Origin: Selaginella moellendorffii
Lineage: Eukaryota; Plantae; Lycopodiophyta
Length of the DNA stretch: 64,000 bases
NCBI RefSeq assembly: GCF_000143415.4
Contig: NW_003314265.1
Location: 1,756,446 to 1,820,445 of the forward strand
Direction of reading: 5' to 3'
Shown: positions 1-14,772 of the stretch, piece by piece
How the letters are laid out: every line of letters begins with the position of its first letter
Numbering within the stretch: the stretch's first letter is position 1
The notes under the pieces: generated by a model
The model's database searches: none
What the model was told of the DNA's origin: nothing
Seen by the model: the letters and a program-made list of their open reading frames with translations, nothing else
Position numbers and translations under genes: made by a program

Positions 1-2711
1 CTCAAACTTCACGTATAGGCCGTGTTCTCGCAGCTTCGCCAATACCTTACACACATGCTCATCATGCTCCTCCTGAGTTTTTGAGTAGATAAGGATGTCG
101 TCGAGGTAGATGATCACCATCTGATCAAGAAACTCCTGAAAGACGTCGTTCGCCATGTGTTGGAAAATTGCTGGAGCATTTATCAAGCCAAATGGCATGA
201 CAGTATACTCGAAGTGGCCATAGCGAGTTCAGAACACAGTCTTCCATTCATCGCCAGGCCGGATCTGGATCAGGTTGTATGCTCCACGGAGGTCGATCTT
301 GGTGAAGAAGAAAGCACCACCAAGGCGTTCCAATAGGTCCGAGATTAGGGGCAGTGGATAACGGTTCCGAATAGTCATCTTGTTCAAACCTCGGTAGTTG
401 ATGACTAGCTGCAAACTCCCATCCTTCTTAATAAAGAAGACAGACGCTCCAACCAGGGACTACAAATGTTGAATGTACCCCAAGACAAGGTTCTCATCCA
501 CGTACTCTTTGAGGGCCTTAAGCTCGGACGGGGATAACCCGTAGGTAGACCCCCACAGAGGTGATGCTCCTTCCTGTAAATCATTGGGACAGTTATAAGG
601 CTAATGAATAGGCAGTACACTAGCTTTTTTCTTGTCAAGAACATCCCCAAAATCATGATACTTCTTAGGAAGACTGACAAGAGAAACATGCAAAGCAAAA
701 AGGAAAATAAATTCTTCATGAAGGAGTTCTTTCATAGTGATTGTGGAGATAGGAGGAGGTGTACGACTAAATGGAATGATGAGATGAGGATACTGTCTAG
801 TGTAAGATGGAAGAGAGGGAAAAGAAGAGCGTGAAACTTCGTAGAGTCAGGAACAGAACCCCAATTTGAGTTTAGGGAACTTTTCCTGATTCGAACTCGA
901 TGAACAGCAAGGGAAGTTGTGGGAGATGGTGACGTGGGAGAGACGAGCTATAATTCCTTCCAACAGATCTGAGGCTGGTGTAATTGGAACCAAGGAAGGC
1001 CGAGCACTACAGAGGAGGATCCGTATGGTAGGAGAAAGAGGAACGTGATGTCGGGCAGCAAAGTCCGTGTCCATGAAGCCGTAAGTTGCACCCAAGTTCA
1101 GTAGTGCCAGAGCCTTGAGTCCTGATTGTCCAGTGAAAGAAAGGAAACATGGGATGCGAAAGTTGCGGGAATTGGTGGTGGCTTTGATGAAAGGTGGTGA
1201 AGAGCTTCAGGGAATTCAATAAAGAAGAAAAGTGATTTTTATTCGGGGAGTCCAAACAGATAGTTCCTACTCTGTTTGGACAGGGTCGTTTCCTAACTGC
1301 AACAGAGGTGGACCTTGAGGCAGAGTGAACTCGAGCAGTTGGGGAGGCTTCTTGGGACACACAGCTGCTTTGTGATTAGGATCAGCACAGTAGAGGCAAA
1401 GATTATGAGATATTCAACGTTGCTTCTCAGCAGGACTCAACTTCCCTCTGATGAGTCGAGGAGTACCAGAAATATCCATTAGGACCGGAGTAGTAGGTTC
1501 AGGAGTATGCCCCGAAGACTCAAGCTAGGATTCCTGAGTCTGGGACAGAAAAACGGCAGTGCGGCGACTTTCCTAACGACATTCAAAGAGACGATTGTCG
1601 CATCGAACAGCTTTGTTGATGGCGTCCGATAGGTCCATGGGATCCTCCATGGTGAGTAACAAATCCTTGACACCGTTGTTGAGGCTGAAACGAAATTGAT
1701 CAATCAGGGCCTGCTCATCCCACTAAGTGTCCAAGGCAAAAAGTTGGAACTCTGCAGCATAGATCGAGGTGGGACGAGACCCCTAAGAGAGACATCTCAT
1801 CGTTGTGGTGGTAGCACAAACCCGATCCATCTCACCAAAACATGTTTCGAGCTTCTCTTTGAACAACTGAAGATCCACTAGCTCCAGAACCACAACCCCT
1901 TTCATGCTCTTCTCCAAGAGAGGAGAAAACCATGACAAGTTGCACCTTCGAGCAACGTCCCAATCACGCCGATTTGAGACTCGAGAGTGGGGTACCGCTG
2001 ATGTTGAAGTGCAAAGATCAGCTCCATTTGGTTCAGGAATCCGCAAAGCTTTGAACGCTTGCCTGAAAATTTCACCAGGAAACTCACCTTCAGTTCAGGA
2101 ACTTTGCTTGATCCTTGAGCCGAAAGTCAAGCAAGCTCCTGCTGCATGCAAAGAAGGGTCGCCTTCAGCTCAGTATTCTCATATTAGATTTTTGCAAGGA
2201 CTTCGGCAAAGAAATCAGGATGGCTTGGAGACTCTATCGACAAAGAAGAAAGAAAAGGGGGAAAAAGGCAAAGGCAATCAAAACGAGCTAAAGCAAAAAC
2301 GAAAAAACACAATCTGAATCAAACTGTCAAGACCCCCAACAAGATCAAGACTGGAAAATGCAGAAGACAAAGAAAAAAGCTAGTGGAAATGAAGAAGAAG
2401 CATTAGACTGGCGTTGATTCAGATTGTGGAGAAATGGAACAAGGATAACCTATATATACTATAGGTTGATGAAGCTCCACCACTCTTGGATTGAGGACGG
2501 CCTAAATATAGCTAAGGTCGAGGAGGCGCCATGTTATTATCAGGAATGTGGCTCGAGACTTAGGAATCGTGCGGGAAATCAGAGAGTCAGGAATAGGGAA
2601 GTGTCTTGAGAGTCAAGAATAGGGAAGTGTCTTGAGAATCAGGAATGTGGTCTACAGGTTAGAAATCCAGCGAGATTCAGGAATGTGGCAAGAATTGGGG
2701 GATTCCTGATA
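1..2711 (-). mobile_element. Ty3/gypsy chromovirus-family LTR retrotransposon, copy A1 (5' part: LTR, gag, protease, RT; degenerate; runs off the left edge)
   Basis: RT motifs ([36 protein letters not shown]), gag-like FSGKRSKLCGFLNQMELIF and a CCHC knuckle. Colinear with copy A2 at 20782-25744, with many stops and frameshifts. Interrupts the RNase H region of element B1. Confidence 0.93.
2325..2711 (-). repeat. 5' LTR of element A1
   Basis: TGTCAAGACCCC...GATTCCTGATA; near-identical to 20782-21142 and 25340-25744. Confidence 0.92.
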
Positions 2712-4688
2712 GACATCCCATTGCCTATATAAGCCGTATATTATAACCAATGGAGATGAACTACTTCACGACAGAGAAGGAGTGTTTAGCAACAATCTGG
2801 GGTTTCGAGAAACTTTATGCATATCTACATGCATATCATGCATATATGCATATCTCAGATGTTACTTGAAGGTGACTAGCTGCTGTTACTTCATTATTGA
2901 AGTGGAAGAACATAGTTGGTCGTACTGCTCGATGGGCTTTGAAGCTTCAGATATATGATTTTGATGTTGTTCATCGCCTAAGGAGTTCTATGGTTGATGC
3001 TGATGCCCTTTTTCGAGCTCTTCTTTCTTCTCCATTCTCTTCTCATGTTTTTGACGAGCCTGTTGTTTAAGCATCTGTGGATTTTCTAGACGAGGATTCT
3101 ATGCCATCGGTGGTTGCTATACTTGACATTCAGTGTCCACAAGTCGTGGAGCAAGATCTACCTTCTCTTGATGAAGTTCGTGAGGCTCAAAAGATTGAGC
3201 TGTGGATTTGAAGGCTTCGAGATGGGTTTGAGAATCCTGCACCACTTTGTTGATAATTTGCCTTTCCGGCATTTACATCCTCAATATCACCTTGAAAACA
3301 ACCTTTTTTATTTTGTGGGACGGATCTTGATGATTATTTACGGCTGGTAGTGCCTTCTGTCTTTATTCCGCGGTTTCTCCATGCATATCATGATTCTCTT
3401 GTTCTAGGTGGGCATATGGGACATCGTTGTGTAATCGAGAAGTTGTGCAGGTGTTTCTATTAGCCGGAGATGCGACGTGATATTATTCGGTATGTGCGTA
3501 GTTGCATTTGGTGCCAAGCTCGTAATACTCCCCCTCGTGTTGTAGAAGAACAGTTGGAGTCAATTGCAGTTTCCCATTCATTTGAGTTGGTAGTGTTTGA
3601 TCTTATGGGGCCTTTTCCACGGTCAACTGTTGGCAATGAGTATGTTATTATTGCTTCTGACTACTTAACTCGTTAGGTGGAAATTGGTGCTCTTGCTAGC
3701 ACCTCTACGACTGCTGTTAGATATTTCCTCCTCAATTGATTGGTGTTCCAGCATTCTTGTCCAGAGTAGATTTTTTCAGATAATAGTCCCACATTTATGG
3801 CTAAGGCATTTTATATTTTGACGTCTCAATTAGGGATACACCACACTTTCATGAGTGCTTATCATTCACAATCAAACGATCTAGTGGAACGGCTTGTTCA
3901 GACATTCAAAGGGATGATTGTGAAGTATGTGAACTTTCAGCATTCGGATTGGGATGGTTATTTGCCATCTTTTCAGTATGCATATGTCACAAAGGTGCAG
4001 AGTTTTGTTAATGCTTCACTATATAAACTCCTATATGGTCATAATCCAATATTACCAATGGAGTTGAGTTTACCTTTGCGATTGCCACGAACTGCTGATG
4101 CTAGGTCGTGGGATCAGTATTTAAGGAGTATTCTTCCACTTGTTCAAGTAGAATCTACTGAACACTTAAGCCGCATACAAGTGGGACAACAACAGTGCTA
4201 TAACTCTCATTATCATCCACCTGCAAAGTATAAAGTGGATGATTTGGTATTAGTCCATTTTCCCTATCTTATGGTACGTGGTTTATCTAAGGGGCTCCTT
4301 GCGCAGTGGAAAGGACTATATCGGGTCTTATGGCAAGTTGGACCACAAGTTTATGAGGTTTGGCATGACATCCAGCAGGCCGATCCTCCAGAAATTGTGC
4401 ATGTAAACACTTCATACAAAGGGATCAGGAGCAGTTAATACCACCTACAGATCTACTAATACCTCCTCCTGACATTCCTCCAAATCCCAGCCCATTTACA
4501 AGAAAACCCTAATGGTCTTCCATTATTCCGAGAGGAGGGGATGATATGAGAGCCAAGTGTACAACTACAATGCCATATATTAATATTAGCATAGTGGGAT
4601 TTTGGTACCCGTCAGATTGGTTTCAATCCGGACCATTCACTCCTGTATATAAGCTAATTGATATGCACATTTTCCGTATTCCCTCACA
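2712..4688 (+). mobile_element. Ty3/gypsy (non-chromodomain) LTR retrotransposon, copy B1, 3' part (RNase H, integrase, PPT, 3' LTR); degenerate
   Basis: HPIAYIS/EMNYFTTEKECLA RNase H; HHCC (GGHMG...CIWCQ), FDLMGPFP and VERLVQTFKGM integrase; PPT GAGAGGAGGGG near 4530; short 3' LTR at 4545-4688. Confidence 0.9.
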
Positions 4689-5335
4689 GTAGTTCTAAAA
4701 TTTTATTAGTTTTTTTCTTAATGTCTAAAGAGGAGAGGGTTTTTCTTTTAATGTTAACATGGGATCTATGAATATGTAATTATGATTTCGGTACTTTTAA
4801 TTTTCTCTTTGGTTTTTTTTTTTTTTTAGTAAAATTTTGCAATGGTTTTTAATTTAACATTACTACATTCAATCTAATGATTAAATTTGTTCTAAATATT
4901 TCTGCAATGCAAGTTAACTTCAATTCATCGAGCCAAGGTACTTTTTTTAAATAGTTTTCTTATTACATTTTTAATAGATTTTTGCAACAACAAAGATTTC
5001 ATAATGGTAAAATTAGAAATTCTTTTTTCATAACTTTATTATCACTACCTCCTCAAAAAAACAAACTCTAAAGTGGACATGGCTAAGGCTGGGATAGCCA
5101 TTATTGTGCTCAAATCTTGATCACCCTTGCTCGTCGTGTCGTTCCCAATCCTCCCCCTCTGCCCTAGCTCCCACAACCCCTTCTTCTTGCCCTTGCTGCT
5201 GCCTCCCAAGACGTCCCACAAACCATTTTTCCTGCCGTCCATGTCATTGTCCCGCCTCACTTTGTTTTACGTATTGACCGCTACAGCACGTGCTGCTAGT
5301 GGGGAATATATAACAACGAGGAAGCGGAGCTTTGA

Positions 5336-7698
<2,363 letters not shown>

Positions 7699-8179
7699 AA
7701 AGACTCTTAATCGTATTAAATATGCTATAAGCTTTATACAAAGATGTCGCCGTCGATAGGTACGAGATGGACGGCTGGATAGGGACCAGCCCGAGCACGT
7801 GGCCCAATCCCCGGCGTCCTGCGTGGCGCGCTTATCGCCGTTGCTTGTGAGGACCGCTAGATCCGGCATCCAACGGTGCAAAGAATAGAGCCCCGAGTAT
7901 TTTGTCCGATTAGGGGAAGAAAGCTCGCGGCTCTCTTTCTTTTGTTCTCCCTCGTTCTCGTTCTTCTCCCTTCGCGCTCCGTGCATAGCTTAGGTGGGGG
8001 CATCCACATTCTCTTTCCAGAGATCTTCGCCGCAGAGGATCACCAGGATCATCCATTCTTGTCCGTGGCTCCTCCTCCTCTTCTTCCTTTCCTTGTTAAT
8101 AAGGGGACGATCGACCAATTTTGGGATGGTGGCCTTCTAGATCAGGATCAGAGTTCCTCGCAGTCGGAGATTCTTTCAT

Positions 8180-9575
8180 TCCTTCTTTCATTGTCACGAA
8201 CAACCGAGTCCGGTCTTGGCTAAATACGGCACTTTGAACCTGCAACAATCCTAGGAGCATTATAGAACAATCCTTCCCTTGCTAATGCTTACCTCCATTC
8301 TCTCCACTTTCTCAAAAAAATCGAAGTACGGCATCTTCGGCCTGTATTTCCACCACCTTCTGGCAGCCCAGAAACCCCTCCCATATTGCGGAGGAATGAC
8401 CGGCTCTTCTTTTTTCTCAGCAATATCCTTGGCCATCTCCTCGCTGTCCAGGAGGACAACATACTTGCTTGTTAACGCATCAGTGTCTTCCTTGATGCTT
8501 TCTTTCTCAAGCATGTCCTCTAGTTTCGTCAGTCTTTCTCTCCACGTAAGCTTCTCGTTGGTTCCAGTATCTGAAACGAAGGAAGGAGATCAGGAGGGAA
8601 TCGATATATCGGTTTTCGTGACCTTCGGCGCTTTCGTTCAATTCTTGCGCTGCCGCTGCTTCATCGTCCCAAGCGTGCTCTCCAACGAACGAAGAATCGT
8701 GACGATAACTCCCATCGGGTTGCAGTAGATGCTTTCGTACGCGAACACCGCCAGGCATATTTTCTCGCCATTGAAGCTTCTCCAGCCTATTCCAAACAAA
8801 ACAACAGATCCATCAAAAGACGTCTTCGAGACAAATCTAGCTTACTTGCGAACGTTTTCCAACGTTGGTTCTGGAATCGTGGCCTCCAAGTACGCTTCAG
8901 TCAATTCCTTGGCCTCTCTTTTGCTTAGCCGAGGTGTGGTTGCCGCTACGTAGAGACCTCGGAAGGAACCAATGACCAGTAGAAGGTAAAGAACAAGCGC
9001 TCCAATGTGTTGAGCATCCAACTTCTGAGAAACAAAACCAAAAACAATACTGGTTTGAGAATCAACATCAATCTGCTAGAGAAATCATACCTTCCATCGC
9101 TCCCATTGGTGCCAGGCTACGATTCGAGGCCATACCTTAAGCCTGAAATCCTCGAGCAGCTCATCACCTTCGTTTCTAGCGACTTCCAATCTTCCTCTAG
9201 CGTCTTGCGCTGCTGACGCCGCTCTGTCAAAGACATGAGACGCATTCTCGCGTAATTCCTTGTACCGAGCAGTCACGACCTCCTTAATCTTCTCTACATC
9301 CACCCCAGCCTCGGTTTCTAGATCCTGGACAAAATTCCCGTAATATCTGCTCAGCGCGGCTCGCAGCCTTCGATTCCACGACTGCTCCGGCACCGATTGG
9401 TCGTCACTACTCAGCTGCGCGCTAGGGCGAGCTCGAAATCTACTCCTAGAGCCTGCATTTATCCTCTGGACGTCGCTGCCAAACGATCTATCCACAAAAT
9501 CAGTACCGCAAGGTCGACCTAGCACTGGCGCCGGGAGATGGAATGTCGGGGATGCTCTAGAGTGAGAGGCGCCAT
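8180..9575 (-). pseudogene. FTSH12: 3'-truncated chloroplast FtsH12-like gene fragment (N-terminal region only), copy 1
   Basis: Exons encode ELTEAYLEATIPEPT, DGSYRHDSSFVGEHAWDD, RRWWKYRPKMPY and AVFSQDRTRLFVTMKEG, recognised as the FtsH12 N-terminal region. Ends at the duplication junction before the AAA domain; ATG at 9575 is out of frame by a 2-nt insertion relative to copy 2. Confidence 0.82.
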
Positions 9576-12500
9576 AGCCGAGAGCTTGCATTGCTCTCGG
9601 GGTGTAGGGCTTATGCTAGCTAGATGCTCGGCGAATATTTACGAGGTATATTCCCCAGACTATTCAATTAAACTCTAGCCCACCCAAAATGGGCAACTTT
9701 AAACCAGTAAAATACATAAATAAAATAATGTTACATGGCTAAATTGCTACATCATTTAAAATTTTGCCCACTTTACTTTTGCTACTGGGTGAGTGTGGGT
9801 GAGTGTGTAAATCTTGAGAAGGGACTTTTTAGTGATTTGAAAAAGAAATTTGCAAAAAATGAAAAATTACTCACCCTCAATTCATTAATAATTTAAACTT
9901 ATGTAAATATGAAATTTTGTAGTGTGAGGGCTAAGTGTACGGCTATGATGCCATATATTAATATTAACATAATGGGATTTTGGTAGCCATCGGATTGGTT
10001 TTAATTAAAACCATTTTCTTCTATATATAAACTAGAGTTTTTGGACTAATTAATATGCATATTTTCTATATTCCTTTTCCATATTCCAAGCATTCACATT
10101 GGTGAAGATGAAGAGCATTTTTGATTGTCCCTAAGAAGTGCTTGGATTTGGGATTTTGGTTTAGATCTAGTTTTTGCATTGTTTAGATTTAGCTTTTTCC
10201 ATTTCATTTCTTTTGTTCTTTCCTTTCAGAATTTTGGTTTAAATTTAGCTTTTTGCATTGTCTAAATTTACCATTTCCTTCTAGCTTTTTGTCATTTCTC
10301 TTCTTTTGCTCTTTTTTCGTTTGTCTTTATTAGATCAACAATCTCCTCCTTTGACTCTAGAGCAGCAGTTAGTACAATTGTTTGATGCTATGCACTTGCA
10401 ATTAAACAACTAAACTCAGTTGATGGCGGCGTTCATGGCATGTGGTACAACTCCTCTTACTCTTGGTGCCAATCCTCGCATTCTGTTGGAGTTCTTTCGC
10501 GGGAATTTTGGGGATGATATGTACCATTGGTTCGATCATTTCACAGTGATTGCCACATATCATTATTGGGATGATGCTCAATGTTTGCATGAGTTTCCCA
10601 TATGTCTTCAAGGGACGGCATTGCAGTGGTACAATGGTTTCAATGTAGCCACTCGTGGGGATTTGAGTGTTCTCCCAGACGTCTTCAAACTCGCCTTTGG
10701 ACATGCCGACAGCTGTGATAATGCCTTCCAACAATTGCATCATTTTCGCCAAGGGCTATCTAAGTTGGTGATGCAATTTGGCGTTCATTTCCAAAGTCTT
10801 TTGCTTCGTGCGGAGCCAAATATGTCAGAGCGGATCAAGCTAGGAATGTTGTGGCCAACACTTCGTTAAGATCTTGTGCATGCACTTGCTCCTACCACCC
10901 TTGACAATGTTTTTTGCTTGGCACAATGTTATGAAACATTGCCTTTTCCACTTCTTGTTGCACGTCCTTCAGCTCCACTTCTTATGGGTGATGGTTCTGT
11001 TTCAATGGAGGTTGATGCTGCTGCTACTCAAGTCCAAGGACAAGGACGAGGACATGGTTGTAGCCGTGATGTTCGCTGCTAGGTGTGTGATGAAGTTAGT
11101 CATATTTATTGGCGTTGTCGGCGTTTTCCGGATTGTCAACCTCCATTTCCTGGCTGGAGACTTTGGCATCAGCAACGTCCTGTTGGTGCTACTGTAGTGG
11201 AAGATTTGGACACCAAGTTGCATCCGGGAAACAAAGAGTCACACGAGTAACAGAGGGACTTTGCGCGAATAAGTCAGTGACCCCTCCATCTTTCTTTCGG
11301 GAGTATCATCAAGGGGTTCATTCGGTACCGATTCATCTAGTGTTTACTTTCCAAGCTCATTTTTATAACAAGAGGTTTCCTATTATTCTTTTTGTGTTAG
11401 TTGATACAGGTTCGAGTTTATCTTCTATTGCTCAACCTGTTGCCACACATTGCCATCTACACTTGCGTCGTGTGATGGAACTAGGTTTCATTCTTTATGG
11501 AAAACAGCCATACACATGTATGTGCACAAGATGAGGTGGACCTGGTTGTGTGTGTGGGCGATCTCGAGCTTGAGTTGCAGTCATTGCAGGTGGTGCCAAG
11601 TCAAGCTTTTGACCTCATTCTTGGTATGAATTGGTTGCAGCGCAATCATGCTAAGTGTGACTTTAAGGCTTCTCCCCCTTATCGCATACTTCTTTATGTT
11701 TCATCCATTCCTCTCACTTCTGTACTTCTTTGTCCCTTTACTTTTACTTTGGTTCCATTACTTTTGTTCCCTCACTATTTTCTCCTATGTTTCTGTCTTT
11801 TTCTACTCTTCTCTTTTCCGATCCCTCTAACGATCTTTGTGTTTTAGTGGTTGACCGGCTCATGACCGAGTATTTTGATCTCTTTGAATTTGACCTATTG
11901 TCTGGGGCCAAGATTGTCACATATCATCCGATTCCAACCGGGGATGCTCGTCCAAGCAAGGTTCTTGTTTGTTGTCGGTCACCCAAGGAGATCAAGATTT
12001 TACATGCAAATGTCAAGGAGATGTTGGAGAAGGGTGTTATTCGGAAGTTGCAGAGTCCTTAGGCATGTGAACCTTATCTTGTGACGAAATCTGATGGGAG
12101 TATTTGTTTTTGCATCGACTATCGTCCGTTAAATGAAGTGACAATCCCAAATATGTACCCTCTTTCTTACACTACTGATCTCTTGGATCGTCTGGGGCGA
12201 AGTCGTTGGTTCACCAAGCTAGATCTTACTTCTGAGTACTGGCAAGTACCGATGGCCGAAGAAGATATTTTTAAGACTGTTTCTCGTACATCATTTGGTT
12301 TGTACGAGTTCTTGGCGATGTCATTTGGTTTGAACAATGCTCTAGCAACTTTCTAGTGGATGATGGACAAGGTTCTTTGTGATATGCTAGAGGTGACTGT
12401 TGACTTCATTAATGATGTCTTGATCCACTCGAAAGGGACGTAAGAGGAGCACATTGTGATGTTTGTAAAGTGTTGGATCGATTATGCAATGTTGGTTTAA

Positions 12501-14519
12501 AACTGAAGTAGTCGAAGTGCATGTTTAGGTCCAAAAACACAACTTATTTGGGTACCGTATTTCTCATGAGGGTTTGCAAGTTGATCCTGACAAACTTGTG
12601 GCTGTTCTAAAGTTCCCTACTCCGAAGTGTGTGAATGATGTGCAGCGCTTCTTCGGCAAGGTGCAGTATCTCGGTCGTTTTGTGGATCATCTTTCTGATC
12701 GCACTGCACCGTTGCAAGCATTGCTGAAGTCATCAACGCCATCTTTCATTTGGTCTCCAAATTGTCAGCGAGCGTTCATGGATCTCAAAGAGCTATTGAA
12801 AACTCTTCCAGTTTTGGCATATCCTAACTACACTTGACCTTTTATTTTGCGTGTGGATGCTTCTAACATTAGTCTTGGAGGTGTGTTGATGCAAGAGAGC
12901 TCGAGTGTGCCTAGTCAGTGACATCCCATTGCTTATATAAGCCATACATCACAACCAGTGGAGATGAACTACTTCACGACAGAGAAGGAGTGTTTAGTAG
13001 CAATTCGGAGTTTTGATAAATTTCATACATTTCTACATGGTTCTCAGATGTTACTTGAAGGTGACCATGCTGCTGTTACCTCATTATTGTTCATTATTGT
13101 TCAAGTATCTGTGGATTTTCTAGACGAGGATTCTGTGCCGTTGGTGGTTGCTGTACTTGACGTTCAGTGTCCACAAGGCGCGGAGCAAGATCTACCTTCT
13201 CTTGATGAGGTTCGTGAGGCTTAAAAGATTGAGTTGTGGATTTGAAAGCTTTGAGATGGGTTTAAGAATTCTGCATCACTTGCTGATGACTTGCCTTTTC
13301 GGCATTTACATTCTCAATATCACCTTGAAGACGGCCTTCTTTATTTTGTGAGGACGGATCTTGATGATCATTTACGGCTGGTGGTGCTTTCTATATTTAT
13401 TCCATGGTTTCTCCATGCCTACCATGATTCTCTTGTTCTAGGTGGGCATATGGGACATCGTCGTGTAACCGAGAAGTTGTGCAGATGTTTCTATTAGCCA
13501 GAGATGCGACGTGATATTATCCGATATGTGCGTAGCTACGTTTGGTGCCAAGCTCGTAATACTCCCCCTCGTGCTGTGGAAGGACGATTGGAGTCAATTA
13601 CAGTTTCCCATCCATTTGAGTTTGTGGTGTTTGATTTTATGGGACCTTTTCCACAGTCAATTGTTGGTAATGTGTATGTTATTATTGCTTCTAACTACTT
13701 AACTCATTAAGTGGAAGTTGGTGCTCTTGCTAGCGCCTCTGCAACTGTTGTTGGATACTTCCTCCTCAATTGATTGGTGTTCCAGCATTTTTGTCTAGAG
13801 TGGATTTTTTCGGATAATGGTCCCATATTTATGGTTGAGGCATTTTATGTTTTGGTGTCTCGGTTGGGGATACACCACACTTTCACACCACGAGTGCTTG
13901 TCATCCACAATCAGACGGTCTGGTGGAACGGCTTGTTTGGACATTCAAAGGGATGATTGCGAAGTATGTGAACTTTTAGCATTCGGATTGGGATGGTTAT
14001 TTGCTGTCTTTTCGGTATGCATATGTCACAAGGGTGTAGAGTTCTGTTAGTGCTTCACTATATAAACTCCTATATGGTCATGATCCAATATTACCAACAG
14101 AGCTGGGTTTACTTTTGCGATTGCCACAAACTGCCGATGCTAGGTCGTGGGTCAATATTTAAGGAGTATTCTTCCATTTGTTCGAGCAAAGTCTATCAAA
14201 CACTTAAGCTGCATACAAGTGGAACAACAACGGTGCTACAACTCTCATCATTGTTCACCTACAAAGTACAAAGTGGATGATTTGGTTGTGAGACACAAAA
14301 TCTTGAGGCCCCAAAATGGAGCCAGAAGGGCGCCATGTGGTAGTGGCCGAAGCAAAAGCCAAACGAGCGTAACACATTTGGACTAAAAGCTTCCACTTGA
14401 AAGGTTGAAAGCGGGAGTGGAACTCCCAACAAAGTGCTCGAGGAATGAGCACAAAGTGAGCAATAAGTGAGGCTCTAAAAAGGGACCCAAAAGGACCAAC
14501 ACATGACACGTGGAAGCGT

Positions 14520-14772
14520 CCGAGATGGACCCGAGATGGAGTCCGAGATGGACCGAGACGGAGTCCGAGATGGAGTCCGAGATGGACCCGAGATGGAATC
14601 CAAGATGGAGTCCGAGAAGGACCCGAAATGGAGTCCGAGGTCGAGACTGTGCTCAGGACCGGGACCGAGACCGTGCCCGGGACTGGCACTGAGACCGCGG
14701 CCACACCCAAGATCGCGCATGAGGCCGAGGCCGAGGCCGAGTCCGAGTCCGAGTCCGAGTCTGAGTCTGAGA
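14520..14772. repeat. Hexamer/dodecamer tandem repeats in the 5' LTR of element C (GAGATGGAGTCC, GAGACC, GAGTCC)
   Basis: Directly visible arrays. Confidence 0.9.

Noticed and set aside
14520-14772. Regularly spaced short repeats reminiscent of a CRISPR array
   Set aside because: No unique spacers, eukaryotic context, no cas genes
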